DNA of 62,479 nt, filler included, from Stramenopiles sp. TOSAG23-3 (lineage: Eukaryota), in NCBI GenBank assembly GCA_900128585.1. It is 8 parts of 8 records of this genome, joined end to end, with 100 filler letters (N's around TTAATTAATTAA, not from the genome) between each part and the next. Parts side by side here need not be neighbours in the genome. Positions count along the whole stretch, not along the records: positions 29,672 to 39,451 come from LT642883.1; positions 39,552 to 49,310 come from LT642884.1; 6 more parts are not named here. The stretch is one strand, 5' to 3'. Of this stretch, positions 31,262 to 42,188 are shown piece after piece. The notes beneath the pieces are model-generated. The model did not search any database, was not told where the DNA came from, and worked only from the letters and a program-made list of their open reading frames with translations. How positions within the stretch are numbered: the first letter of the stretch is position 1; each line of letters begins with the position of its first letter. The translations under genes were made by a program, and so were the position numbers.

Positions 31262-34200
31262 TTAATTTGGCATTTGGGGGCTCCGATAAGTACGAGCGCT
31301 TCGATCCTCATCATTATTATTGGTCAAACCAAGCACATCATTAATATTCGGCAAAATGCTATCGTCGTATCGCCGGTCTATAGGCACATCGGCACCACTT
31401 CGCACATCGCCGCCCGCTCGAACATCATTTCTCGCTCCCCGCCCTCGACCTTTTTGCCGTTTCGGTTTTGGCACCGTCTCCGCTGCAAAAAGTGAAGCGG
31501 GTAAATCAGCAAGCGAAGTTGGTTCCATAAATTCTTCTTCCTTACTTATCCCTTCCTGGTTTTCTTGGAAATCATCCTTTTCTCCAAAGAAAGAACGTTC
31601 TAACCCTGGCTTAAGAGGATTCATGCTTTTGGGGGAAATTCCTTTGTGGTAACTGCCGACCATTCCGTCCCCAACAACACTTTCATTGGTCCGAAAAGAA
31701 GGCCTCTTGTAGTCAGCAGCGACTGCACCACGCTTACTTCGTTTTTCTAGTCGCTCCTTGGCAACTTTGTACCGCAAGTTCATGATGCGTTTTTGCTCTT
31801 CCAGCTGTTTAATCAAGATCTCTTCATTTTTTCTTGCCCATTTCTCTTCTATTTTTTGTTGACGATGCTGCTTTGCTTTCTGTTTCCTCATTCGTTGGTA
31901 AGCGTATTCGTCCCGATCCATTATTGGCGAATTTTCATAATCCATGGAGGGAGTGAAGGTTGGTATAGCCTTTTGAGATTGTTGGCTATACCTGCCGGGA
32001 ATTTTGTCCAGCATTCGAGGGGCGCTCTTCCGTTTTTTATATTTTACCGTTGCCCCAGGCCTTACATCCATGTGATACGCTTGACCGTAAAAGGGGTTCT
32101 TTTTCTTCGGTTTCTTCTTCCTACGTCTCAATTCTGCAGCCCTGATCGGAGATCGTTCTAGCCTCTGATATTCCACGTACCTTTCACGTTCTCTGCGTAT
32201 TTCATTTGCGTTTTCACGAAACCTCTGTTTTTCCATTTTTAACCTTCGTCTCTGCTCCTTGATTTTCTCCTCTGTTGCTCTCATATACGCTTCAATAGGC
32301 AATGGGCTTTGGGATATGTTTGGTAGTGTAGGTGAGTTTCGAAGTGCTGCAAGCTTGGAACGTTTTGGAGAGGGTTTTTTACGGGGTGGACTGGGGCTCA
32401 TGTTTTGAATGCTGTCCTGGTAGACTTGAAACTTGCTTCGTGACGATTTTTTCCGCGCCCTCTTTCTTTTAGGCTTTTTTATTTTCTTCTTCTTCTTTTT
32501 TTTTTCTGCGACCCCAGTTTTTGATTTGTTTGTTTTTTTCGTCAACTGTAGCTTTTGACTATCCGCCTCTATTTCTGACATAATTTCTCCGAGTTCGTCT
32601 TCAACATTCTTTTTGCCCCTGCGAACAGGGGGCGACGATGAAGACGATTCTGGCCCCCTCCGTGCCCGGTAGTCTGGGGTATACCGTCTTGTCTTATTTG
32701 AAAAAACATTCTCCTTTGATGTTCGCAACGTTTCCTCGTCGTCTTGTTCCATAAAGTCAGACTCTTGAAATTGTTCTATTAAATTCTCGCTCTGCTGGTG
32801 GGCCATCTCTTCTTCTCGATCTGCTTCAGCAAAAAGATCTAGGGCATCGGACCCACCAAAGTGTACATTTTCAATTCTGTTCGTAGTTTCCGTGTTTGAC
32901 TTGGTCTCTTCTTCATCATCCATGAATGGAATCATGCCCATTCCCAATGACCCTGTCGGAAAAGGCGAACCACCACGATTTGGGCTCACATTTGACACCA
33001 TTTGCTCGTACACTTCATTATCATAATCATCCATAGAACCATCGTCGTACACATTTTCAACAGCAGCTTCTTCTTCTAGAGTATGGGCTTGTGCTCCGAT
33101 GGGGGTACCCTGGCGATGAAATCTGGTCTTTTTCTTGCTTACCCCAAAGAAATTGTCTTCGTTAAAGGACACCACCTTTGCATTTTTCTTCGAATCTCCT
33201 TTGATCGATACCTCTTTCCCTTCTACATTATCGTTGAATGGCACACTTACTGCTGTTACAGATGCTTTCCGTTCGCCCTGGTTGAATGACACAGTCTTTT
33301 TCTCTCCAAGTCTTTGCATGTCATTTTTTGACTTCGATTTTTGCATTGACTCATTTGAATCCAGTACTTGTGAAGGGATTGGCTTGTCAACATTGAAAGA
33401 TAGAGCTTTGTTCTTCAGCCTCTCTAATTCTTCATTTCTGCTTGTGACCTTTCTCTCATTATTTTCTAGTGCAAAACGTTCTTCTTCTCTTTTTTTTGCA
33501 TCGGGTTCACTGCCTGAAGTTTCGTTCTTTTGATTGCTTTCATTCTTCCGCACTTGTTCTCCAGAATATGGTTGCTCAACGTCTTCGTTACTGTACTTGT
33601 CCATCGAACAGGCTCCCGTCGTTTTTACAATTGTGCTTTCGTCTGTAGCAGACTCAATTTTTTCCACACTCGCATGAACACGATCGTCTTTTTCTTGGCG
33701 CTCTTGGGTATCGTCTACATCGTCTACATCAGAAAGCTCTTGGGTATCGTCTGCATCGGAAAACCTCAGAATCTTACGCTTGACTGTCTTTCTGTCAGCA
33801 CTTAAACGACTTTCTTCTGGTTTGGGAATTTCGTTGATCTGGAGGCCGTTTGATCCAATGCATTCGTAAAATTCCTGGAAAGATACCTTGTTCTTGCCCT
33901 CAGGTAAAACTTTTGAAAATGCTACGTGAAATGTGGACGGGTACAGTAGGACCTGCAGCGCTGGAATGGATGCCACCAATTTTCTAACAAGAGGATTAAA
34001 TGATATGGCAACAAGACAAATTCTTCTGTTTAAATAACGACAACGTGATTGATCTATCATATCAAAAAGAATGCGTGTTTGGTCTTTCAGTGAAACAATT
34101 CCTACAAGCATTTCAGATGGCTTTGTCGGGGAGACTGCACTCAGAACGTATTTTGTGTTCATGGGGGTAGGATTGGGAACTGCTTCTGCATCATCGTCCT

Positions 34201-36103
34201 GAATTTGTTTTGTGATAATGTTTTTTTCTTTGAAGGAGGGTTTCAACGTCACATTTTTATCACTTTTGGGTTGAAGGTCAGAAGACAACATTTTTGACGG
34301 CTCATGTGCTTCTCCTTCAATTTGGACGACCCCAACGGTGTCGCGTCTTTTTTGATCGTCACCTATTTGAACTCGCAAATCTTTTTTCTTTTTCTTTCGC
34401 ATGCGCCCCTGTTCCTGTTCTACCAAAAGGTACGGTGATGATGCAGATTTCGTTGTCAGTTGACTGCAACCGTCTAAGTTTCGCCTGGAATCTTGCCACA
34501 ATGCTGACGATGAGGCACTTTCGGCAATTTTGACGCCATCGCCCCCCCCATCGCTACTGCCAGCATCAGCATCGTGGTGACCAATGTCAACGGGCGGCTC
34601 TGAACTCGCTGGCTTAGGCAAAGCTCTCTGTGACTTTGCAAACGAAGCCTTTTTCTCTTTCGTAGGACTCTTCAATTTTGTGCTTGCACCATACTTTTTC
34701 CCCCGCCGTTCCTTTTTCTTCCTTTTTGGGGTCATGCTTGCTTTTTTTGGACTATATTGTTTGCTCATGTCTTCAAACAATTTCAAACGGTTTGCGGAGG
34801 AATCTGCCCGAAGAACTCTAATTTCATTTCGTTTATTTGTATCCCTTAATTGTTCAGAGAGTCTATCAATCTTACGATGAAGTTGCTCATCTGTATCTCT
34901 GGAAATCGAAACTGTGTTTGAAATAGGAGATTGTTCCTGGTTTTTCTTTTCTGGCACCTTCATAACTAAACTGCCGTCTCCCTCTTCTGCATAAAAATCA
35001 TCGCCATCGTCCATATCACTAGTTGGCGGGGCCTGGGGAGCCTTCTTTTTGCTTGCATTGGAACTATGGCGGCGTTTAGGGGTTGACCTTAACCCGCTTG
35101 TCTTTTTTTTTTTTGCATCATGTGCAAGCGTTTCTTCTTGTTTTAAGAGTTCATTAAATTCTCTTTGCAGAGCTTCATGGCGAGCTGCAATTGACATTCG
35201 TTTCCTTTCAACAGCACTAATTTCGTCCTCATCGACGTCATCGTTGTCCTCCACAGAGTAATCACTGTGCTCATCGTGATAACGCTGGTCGTAGCCGTTG
35301 TCATTTTCATCATTGTGCTGGTTTCGCACGGTGCTGTGGACAGGTGAGGGCTCAAAGTATCCACCATTTCCTCCCAAAAGCATAGCTGTAGTGTTTTCTT
35401 CGTCTCGACTATTTTCATTGACAAAATAATCGTCATCATCGTCTACATACTTTCTTCTACGTTCTTTTTTTCTTCTGCGACCACTATTTTTCCCCCTATT
35501 TTTTCGAGTCTCAGAACCGCCATGAATTTTCTCCCGCCGCTTCAGTTTCGTATGTTCCACAGATGGCACAAGCGCACTTTTAAATTTTTCTAGCTGAATT
35601 TTATTTTCCTCTCGCCTTTTGCGAGAATATTTTAAGCGCTCGCTTCTTTCCGTTATCCGCTTTGCCCGAACAGTTGCCTGCCTTTCGTACTGGGTCTGTA
35701 ACTTTTTTTCTACACGCTTCTCCTCAGCATCCCGTAGCTTTTTTCGTCTTTCCCGCTTCGACTGCTCTAACTTTTCGATTTTATCCTCATTCTTTTTTTG
35801 TATTCGACGATGTTCATTTTCCAAAAACGTCCTTTCCTCGTTCTTAAAACCTAACAGCAGCTGCTTTATGGCAGCATTCCTATCCTGTCGTCTTCTCTTC
35901 CGCTGTTCCAGCCGCTTTTGTTGCGGGGTCACTTTTGTCTTTTGTTGTGGCTCCAAGGTCTTATTTTTTTCGACAGAAATTGGGGATAGACCGGGCTCCG
36001 ATTGTACGGTTCTTGGTGTAGGAGACCTAGGAGGTGTTACAGGATTGTCATCATCAACAGGTATCGTTTCGATGACAATTTCTTTCGCCCTTGGAGACGC
36101 CAT
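31262..36103 (-). CDS. Large low-complexity coiled-coil protein with a degenerate EF-hand pair
   Basis: 1613-aa ORF; 'LFDMIDQSRCRYLNR...AFSKVLPEGKNKVSFQEFYECI'. Confidence 0.85.
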   Translation of the reverse strand: MASPRAKEIVIETIPVDDDNPVTPPRSPTPRTVQSEPGLSPISVEKNKTLEPQQKTKVTPQQKRLEQRKRRRQDRNAAIKQLLLGFKNEERTFLENEHRRIQKKNEDKIEKLEQSKRERRKKLRDAEEKRVEKKLQTQYERQATVRAKRITERSERLKYSRKRREENKIQLEKFKSALVPSVEHTKLKRREKIHGGSETRKNRGKNSGRRRKKERRRKYVDDDDDYFVNENSRDEENTTAMLLGGNGGYFEPSPVHSTVRNQHNDENDNGYDQRYHDEHSDYSVEDNDDVDEDEISAVERKRMSIAARHEALQREFNELLKQEETLAHDAKKKKTSGLRSTPKRRHSSNASKKKAPQAPPTSDMDDGDDFYAEEGDGSLVMKVPEKKNQEQSPISNTVSISRDTDEQLHRKIDRLSEQLRDTNKRNEIRVLRADSSANRLKLFEDMSKQYSPKKASMTPKRKKKERRGKKYGASTKLKSPTKEKKASFAKSQRALPKPASSEPPVDIGHHDADAGSSDGGGDGVKIAESASSSALWQDSRRNLDGCSQLTTKSASSPYLLVEQEQGRMRKKKKKDLRVQIGDDQKRRDTVGVVQIEGEAHEPSKMLSSDLQPKSDKNVTLKPSFKEKNIITKQIQDDDAEAVPNPTPMNTKYVLSAVSPTKPSEMLVGIVSLKDQTRILFDMIDQSRCRYLNRRICLVAISFNPLVRKLVASIPALQVLLYPSTFHVAFSKVLPEGKNKVSFQEFYECIGSNGLQINEIPKPEESRLSADRKTVKRKILRFSDADDTQELSDVDDVDDTQERQEKDDRVHASVEKIESATDESTIVKTTGACSMDKYSNEDVEQPYSGEQVRKNESNQKNETSGSEPDAKKREEERFALENNERKVTSRNEELERLKNKALSFNVDKPIPSQVLDSNESMQKSKSKNDMQRLGEKKTVSFNQGERKASVTAVSVPFNDNVEGKEVSIKGDSKKNAKVVSFNEDNFFGVSKKKTRFHRQGTPIGAQAHTLEEEAAVENVYDDGSMDDYDNEVYEQMVSNVSPNRGGSPFPTGSLGMGMIPFMDDEEETKSNTETTNRIENVHFGGSDALDLFAEADREEEMAHQQSENLIEQFQESDFMEQDDEETLRTSKENVFSNKTRRYTPDYRARRGPESSSSSPPVRRGKKNVEDELGEIMSEIEADSQKLQLTKKTNKSKTGVAEKKKKKKKIKKPKRKRARKKSSRSKFQVYQDSIQNMSPSPPRKKPSPKRSKLAALRNSPTLPNISQSPLPIEAYMRATEEKIKEQRRRLKMEKQRFRENANEIRRERERYVEYQRLERSPIRAAELRRRKKKPKKKNPFYGQAYHMDVRPGATVKYKKRKSAPRMLDKIPGRYSQQSQKAIPTFTPSMDYENSPIMDRDEYAYQRMRKQKAKQHRQQKIEEKWARKNEEILIKQLEEQKRIMNLRYKVAKERLEKRSKRGAVAADYKRPSFRTNESVVGDGMVGSYHKGISPKSMNPLKPGLERSFFGEKDDFQENQEGISKEEEFMEPTSLADLPASLFAAETVPKPKRQKGRGRGARNDVRAGGDVRSGADVPIDRRYDDSILPNINDVLGLTNNNDEDRSARTYRSPQMPN

Positions 36104-36891
36104 CGCAAGTTATACTATATATATGGTGGGGGAAAAGCCAACGTCTAGGCCCGATGGGAAGAGCGACTAAACGGGCAAGTAACCTGCGTTTGATGAATCA
36201 CTCGCCTTTACAAGTCAACGCCAAAAGAATGCCTTTCTGTCTTAAGCCTTTAAAAGAATGGGAAGGGAAGAAACAATTTATAAATATTTCCATATGATGG
36301 TAACTTTTTACTTGCCTTTTGTTGTAATGGATCATAAGAGTTGGAAATACCCACCAATAATTATCAATAAACAACTCCTCTACTACTATTATACAGTCAA
36401 TACAACGAGGTGAGTTGTCTTGAACGGGGAGGGGAATTGAATTAAGTCTATTCCATATGTAAGGATTAATATTCATTTATACTATCAAAAACCGTTTTAT
36501 GATGTATACTATAATTATTACTTTACAGAAAGTGTTTTTCATTATTCATAATAATTTTCATGTCCTTAATTAATAAAACAACGAAGATGTTTTTACCATA
36601 GATGTTTAACGTCTATATTTTCGCGAAGTAATATTTCAATATATACACACATCATTGAATAATGGTGTGTTTATATATATAAAATACCCCTCGTAAAATT
36701 TATTTTTATTTTTTTCTTTCTTTTCTTCTTTTCTTCTTTTCTTCTTTTCTTCCTTTCTGATCGATCAAATAATAGGTATAATATACGTACGTATGCAATG
36801 TATTCAAAATATACAAAATTGCTATAAATATAATTTTAACTATAATACGAAAGAAGTATTTTGTACCAGTTTAAAAAAACTATCAGCTTCA

Positions 36892-38319
36892 TTATGCGTC
36901 AAAACTGGTTTGGTTTTGAGGACGTTCACTTAAGTTTGCCACAGTTAATGGTAACAAGGCATAGTCATAATTGAGTGTTATGAACTTAGAGCGATTTGAC
37001 AAATACTGTTTGCACCGACGTTCTACTGTTACAATGTTCGCAGCACCACCGTCTTCTTTCACATGATCGGGGCGTGTTCGTTCATAGCCGTCATTAGAAA
37101 TGCAATACGCTTCCATTGGCATTAAATGGTGTCGGTGAAACCTGTACTTTCGGTGATACCATAAAAATTCGAGATCGCCAGGATGCTTAAATTCTGCTAA
37201 TGATTTCCATTGGTCGTATAAGACCTTCGATGAATACAGCGCACCGTCAGTATTAGTAACGTACCAAAAAGCATTGTGAAACTTCCGCTGCTCTGTCAAA
37301 CATTCCACTATTTCCCCGACCGTCGTATCAAAAATCTGAAGATTCTGAAGCCCGTGTATTTTGTTTATTGTTGGCGGAATAAACTTGTCTTTATATTTCG
37401 ACAGAGCGTGGGAATATATACTTAAGTGCGTTCCCAGTCTCAATTGTACCGAAGAGAGGGGGTTAAATTTCTCTAGTTCCAGCGCCAATTTTTGCAAATT
37501 CACAGGCCTTATAAACATCACCTCTGAGACGATCGGTACGACATGGGTAGGGCCTGTTTCAAAAAAATCTAGCACCGCATCCATGAATTTGTAGGATTCG
37601 CGACTTTTGTCTTCGCTCTCTGTCTCCCGGACAAACCTTACATTCTGATGCACCGTCTGCAGCTGATTGTAACCATTGACAAAACACGGTGACGTTGCCC
37701 GGTAAATTACATGAATATTTCGCATGCCAGAGAGAAACCTGTCGATCGATGCAAGCAAATTTTCTAGCTCAGATGGCCGATCTTTGGAAAAGACCAGTAA
37801 ATCTACAGAGATTGGGCTTCGAGCCACACCCCCCACACTGCCCCCCAAAAACAGTGTCGAAGAACTGAGAAGAAAACCAGACGCCTTTTCGAGAATAAAT
37901 ACATGAAAAGCAGAGAGCTCTATACCGTCGCTTGGAAAATTTCCCAACGGGTATGTAAACAGGTCTAATCGGAAATCCTGGTTGAAACAGGCTTCCTCCA
38001 GAAAAAAAGACCTTGCAGAAAATGTTGTGTCAATGACCATGTAACAAAAATGATGAATGCCCGGATCAAAATTTTCAGATGCTATGTACGCAACTCGAGG
38101 AACATTGTACGTTTCTCCAAGTATATTCACTACAACTTTACTCCCTTGTCGTTTTTCAAGCTCTTGGACTTCTTCATTAGAGCATCGCCTTTTCACTAGC
38201 ATGTTGGCGCCTGCGTCAGAAAAAAAAAGATGCGAACATGTTGTTATAAATAAAATTGCTTTGCAAAAATCCATTCCTCGGACAAAGAACCGGTCGAAAC
38301 GCCACACAAAAGAATTCAA
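36892..38319 (-). CDS. Glycosyltransferase-like (GT-A, 'FSKDRP' type) protein with an N-terminal hydrophobic segment
   Basis: 'VDLLVFSKDRPSELENLLASI..IHVIYRAT..GYNQL', 'SVQLRLG', 'TDGALYS', 'HPGDLE'. Confidence 0.7.
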   Translation of the reverse strand: MNSFVWRFDRFFVRGMDFCKAILFITTCSHLFFSDAGANMLVKRRCSNEEVQELEKRQGSKVVVNILGETYNVPRVAYIASENFDPGIHHFCYMVIDTTFSARSFFLEEACFNQDFRLDLFTYPLGNFPSDGIELSAFHVFILEKASGFLLSSSTLFLGGSVGGVARSPISVDLLVFSKDRPSELENLLASIDRFLSGMRNIHVIYRATSPCFVNGYNQLQTVHQNVRFVRETESEDKSRESYKFMDAVLDFFETGPTHVVPIVSEVMFIRPVNLQKLALELEKFNPLSSVQLRLGTHLSIYSHALSKYKDKFIPPTINKIHGLQNLQIFDTTVGEIVECLTEQRKFHNAFWYVTNTDGALYSSKVLYDQWKSLAEFKHPGDLEFLWYHRKYRFHRHHLMPMEAYCISNDGYERTRPDHVKEDGGAANIVTVERRCKQYLSNRSKFITLNYDYALLPLTVANLSERPQNQTSFDA

Positions 38320-38868
38320 AAGGATGAAGAAAACAACGCAGAAAATAGTTATTTGAGGGGCAACATTAAAAAATTATGAATCGTTATAGTAGATTATACT
38401 GTTTATATAGAAATGTGTAACAACACAATCAACTTTTAAACTTTTAAACTTTTAAAAAAAATTCGCAGCTCGCAGCTGCCAAAAAAGTCAACCTACCTCT
38501 AAACGAATTAGACATTAGTCCAATTAGACGCCACAAACAAGATCACAAGATGCTCAACGAATATATGATAGGACGATTCTGACGATCATGGCTACGGTGT
38601 ACGTACTGTAGTATTAATATCTGTTTGTATGAAGTGAACTTTGCAAATAATAGAAGAAAAGAATTTTTAAATTTCCTAAATACATCAACATACCATAGAT
38701 AAACATCACGAAACAAAAATGTTACGTGATGCCCTCTCTATATTCATTTCCTTCTTTTTTTTGCATCGGAGATATTATTGTATTATTCCTGCTGAGTCTA
38801 TTTTATATTCTTTAAATATTTCGATTATATTTAGAATTAAATATATAAGTTTATTGCGGCAGAATGAT

Positions 38869-38925
38869 GTGATAGGGAAAAAAGGAACGTTGGGTGGTGA
38901 TAGGGAAAAAAGGAACGTTGGGTGG
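38869..38925. repeat. Perfect 28-bp tandem duplication
   Basis: gtgatagggaaaaaaggaacgttgggtg x2. Confidence 0.9.
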
Positions 38926-39451
38926 ATACTTATAACGGGTATAAAAATAAGAAGTGAGAATAAAGGAAAGAAGATGGCGAAGACGAGGACAAGAGAAGAT
39001 GAACAAGACAGCAGAGAGAATGAGAATAAGAAAAGGAAAAAGAGAAGAAAAATAATTGAGAGATGGGACCACGGACGAATGGGACCAAAGGAGAAAAGGA
39101 AGCAGAGAGCTACTGCAACAAGGAGAAAGGAAGATAGGAAAAGGAAGGTGAACCTACATCAGAATGTAAGGACACGAAGGAAAATGAACCTGATAGAGAG
39201 GCCCCTACAAAATGAGGAGAGAAAATCGGATCTGAGAGGTGCGAAAGAAAAGTGGGGGAAGCAAGTCGGAGAGGAATAGAACGAGTGGAGGTGAGGACAC
39301 CAAAAGGAAGGAGGAATAATAGAAGACGAGTGGTAAAGGGGGGAGAGGCCCAAAGAGAAGAAAGAAAATAGATCGATATATAAGACGACACACGAAGGCG
39401 CCATAATTTTGGGGAGGGTCCATGAGAGACGCAATGGGCAATATGACGCCA

Positions 39452-39551
39452 NNNNNNNNNNNNNNNNNNNNNNNNNNNNNNNNNNNNNNNNNNNNTTAAT
39501 TAATTAANNNNNNNNNNNNNNNNNNNNNNNNNNNNNNNNNNNNNNNNNNNN
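39452..39551. other. Artificial contig linker
   Basis: N-TTAATTAATTAA-N, 100 bp. Confidence 0.98.
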
Positions 39552-39891
39552 CTTCGGCGTTTCCCTGGTCTTCTCTGAACTCATTCCATGCTTTCGCGTA
39601 TTTTTGGCCTTTGGCTCGTTCGTTGGTCAGTAGCTGCGAGTACGATCCCTGGCAGAAGTGGACGTCCCAATGTTCGGCATGGAGGTCTCGTTCATCGCAG
39701 ATGTTGAGGAGGGCGTGGAATGCTTCCTTTCGTTTTTCCAGGCTGTTCGGGCTTGGTTGGTTGGGGTTGGGCCCCTGGGCGCTGTTGTTGATCGGGAATA
39801 GGTCACGGGGGAGGTGGCCCCCGTATATTGTAAGACCGTCTGCTTGGTTTCCTTCGTCGAATTTGGCGTGCTCGTCGTTGTACCGCCCCAT
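39552..39891 (-). CDS. Unknown protein, 3'-truncated by the contig end
   Basis: GC-rich open frame from MGRYNDEH... to the contig edge. Confidence 0.55.
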
Positions 39892-39966
39892 ATAAAACAA
39901 ATAAATTATGCTGTGTAAAAAGTAAAACCCGCATTGGGCTTAAAATAATTTTATTTGTAGACTCAG

Positions 39967-40050
39967 GAGCAGAGATAAGTTCGCAGTATATATGAAGAAG
40001 ATAAATTTTAATTTAGACTACTTTAAATAACAGCCAATGTTTCGTTTTTA
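39967..40050 (+). repeat. Diverged half copy of the palindromic repeat family
   Basis: agttcgcagtatatatgaagaagataaattttaatt...tttaaataacagccaatg combines the A/A' core with the right IR. Confidence 0.65.
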
Positions 40051-40718
40051 AATGTTAGACTTTGTGGCTTCACTTAAATTACAGCAGGTTTTTATGTTCG
40101 TCACTGAAAACCCTATGAGGAACCCGTTCAAGTTTACAAGACACTGGCTGCTCCTCGTATTCTTCTGTATTATTTATTACTCAATGCTATGTCTATACTA
40201 AAAGGTTTATAATTAAATAGAAACAGTTTCAGCATGAATCTATTTTGCAAATGTGACCACCGCCGATAGAGGAAAAAAGAAAAAAGAAAGGGAATGAGTG
40301 GCTTTGTGCTTTCTCAGGATTACCTTGACTATAATTAAGGTATTTATAAATATATTAATTATTATTAATATAATAATAATGTATTTTATAATTTATAAAA
40401 TACTTAATATAAAAGATAATGAATTTTAAATCATCATCATCTCACGCACCCCACCCCACCCCGCCAGTCGTCCCCTTCTTCAAACCGACTATTTAACAAC
40501 ATTAAATACCATAGAAGAAATTGACAAACCAAACAAAAAAACACGAAACGATGGAAAAGAATCAAGGTATTATGTATGTACAGTAGGTAGATTGCTTTCC
40601 AACGGAAGTTATAAAAGTGTGACAGAAAGATAGGCAACAGAGGGAATCGTTCAGAATTATAATAAACAATTCAAATATTTAACGATTGAACCAAATTATT
40701 AATCACATTGAAATCAAC

Positions 40719-41705
40719 ATGAAAACCGCACTTGCACTTGCCGTACTCGGCGCCATCGCTTCCGTCGAAGGCTACCGTCCAACTGAGATCTGGAACAAGG
40801 AACAGGAAGCTGCCGCAGGCATCATCCCAAACAACTACAAGAAAGGTACCGCCCCCCATGAGTTCATGAGCACGGCATCTTTGCCAAAAGCATTCACCTG
40901 GTGCGACAAAGACGGTAAAAACTACTGCACGATGTCCCGCAACCAACACATCCCACAGTACTGCGGGAGTTGCTGGGCCCACGGGTCCGTATCTGCCCTT
41001 GGCGACCGTATCAAGATCGCCCGTGGAGCGGATGGCATCGACATCAACCTTTCCGTCCAGCACATCTTGAACTGTGGCGGCGTCGGATCCTGCCACGGTG
41101 GGTCCGTCATCGGCCCATACTACTGGATGCACAGCCAATCCCAAGCCGGAACTGGTATCAGTTACGAAACCTCCAACCCATACCTAGCCTGCTCCAGCGA
41201 GTCCAAAGAAGGTATTTGCCCGCACCTTGACACCACCTGCACCGCCGAGAACATTGCCAAGACCTGCAGCACCTTTTCCGACATGGGTGGAAAGTGCGTA
41301 GGTTTGAACAGCTTCCCAAACGCGACCGTTGCCGAGTACGGATCTATCAACGGCCAAGACGCCATGCAGAAAGAAATCTTTGCCCGTGGACCAATTGCCT
41401 GCGGTATTGACGCCGCCCCAATCCTCAAGTACACCAGTGGTATCGCCACCATGGCCGGTTCCCAAGTCGACCACGTTATCTCCGTCGTAGGATGGGGCAA
41501 CGACGAGAAAGAGGGCCAATACTGGATCGTTCGCAACAGTTGGGGCGAGTACTGGGGCGAAATGGGATACATCCGTGTCAAATTCGGTTCCCTTCTGGTC
41601 GAACAATCGTGCGCATGGGCCACCCTTGCCGACTACACTGCCCCAGAGAAAAACAACCAAGTACACTGCTACGAGGGAGGGGACAACTGCGCCGCCAGCA
41701 AGTAA
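40719..41705 (+). CDS. CTSZ: Cathepsin Z/X (papain family C1A) with signal peptide
   Basis: Diagnostic 'RNQHIPQYCGSCWAHG' HIP mini-loop, 'LSVQHILNC', 'DHVISVVGWG', 'YWIVRNSWGEYWGEMG'. Confidence 0.96.
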   Translation: MKTALALAVLGAIASVEGYRPTEIWNKEQEAAAGIIPNNYKKGTAPHEFMSTASLPKAFTWCDKDGKNYCTMSRNQHIPQYCGSCWAHGSVSALGDRIKIARGADGIDINLSVQHILNCGGVGSCHGGSVIGPYYWMHSQSQAGTGISYETSNPYLACSSESKEGICPHLDTTCTAENIAKTCSTFSDMGGKCVGLNSFPNATVAEYGSINGQDAMQKEIFARGPIACGIDAAPILKYTSGIATMAGSQVDHVISVVGWGNDEKEGQYWIVRNSWGEYWGEMGYIRVKFGSLLVEQSCAWATLADYTAPEKNNQVHCYEGGDNCAASK

Positions 41706-42000
41706 ATTCTCGTTGGTAACCGTGGTTGAAGCCGGCGTTCGCCTGTTCTCTTCCTATTTTTAATAGCTAGAGAGCTCTACATCGAACTATTAACATCCTC
41801 AATCAATGAAATTTTGGTAGTCAATGCAATTAGCGAGTGAGCTGTAAGCAGCACAAAAGATTATTTTTCTGATTTTTAAAATTAATAAAACACTTAAAAA
41901 AATAATGAATGATGATAGAAAATTCGTATGATATTCTTAGATTACACACGGCAGTCCTTCGAACGAAGCTGTCGTCTTATGTCAGCGCGGGGCACTTGTA

Positions 42001-42072
42001 AAAAAACAAATTATATAGTATGCTTTAACACTATAATGGACGTAAATGTGGTTTCTTTTAAGATTCTTATTT
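42001..42072 (+). repeat. Module B of the repeat family (interrupted)
   Basis: aaaaaacaaattatatagtatgctttaa...taagattctta matches 9297-9340 and the reverse complement of 46785-46820. Confidence 0.6.
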
Positions 42073-42188
42073 ACGTACTCTCGGCCCGGTGGTAATGAAA
42101 GGGTAAACATACGTTCCCTCATATTTCTCTGTTTATTCCTTCGCCCCTGCAAATTCATTCAATTTACTTCACGCAAAACGCAGCACAA

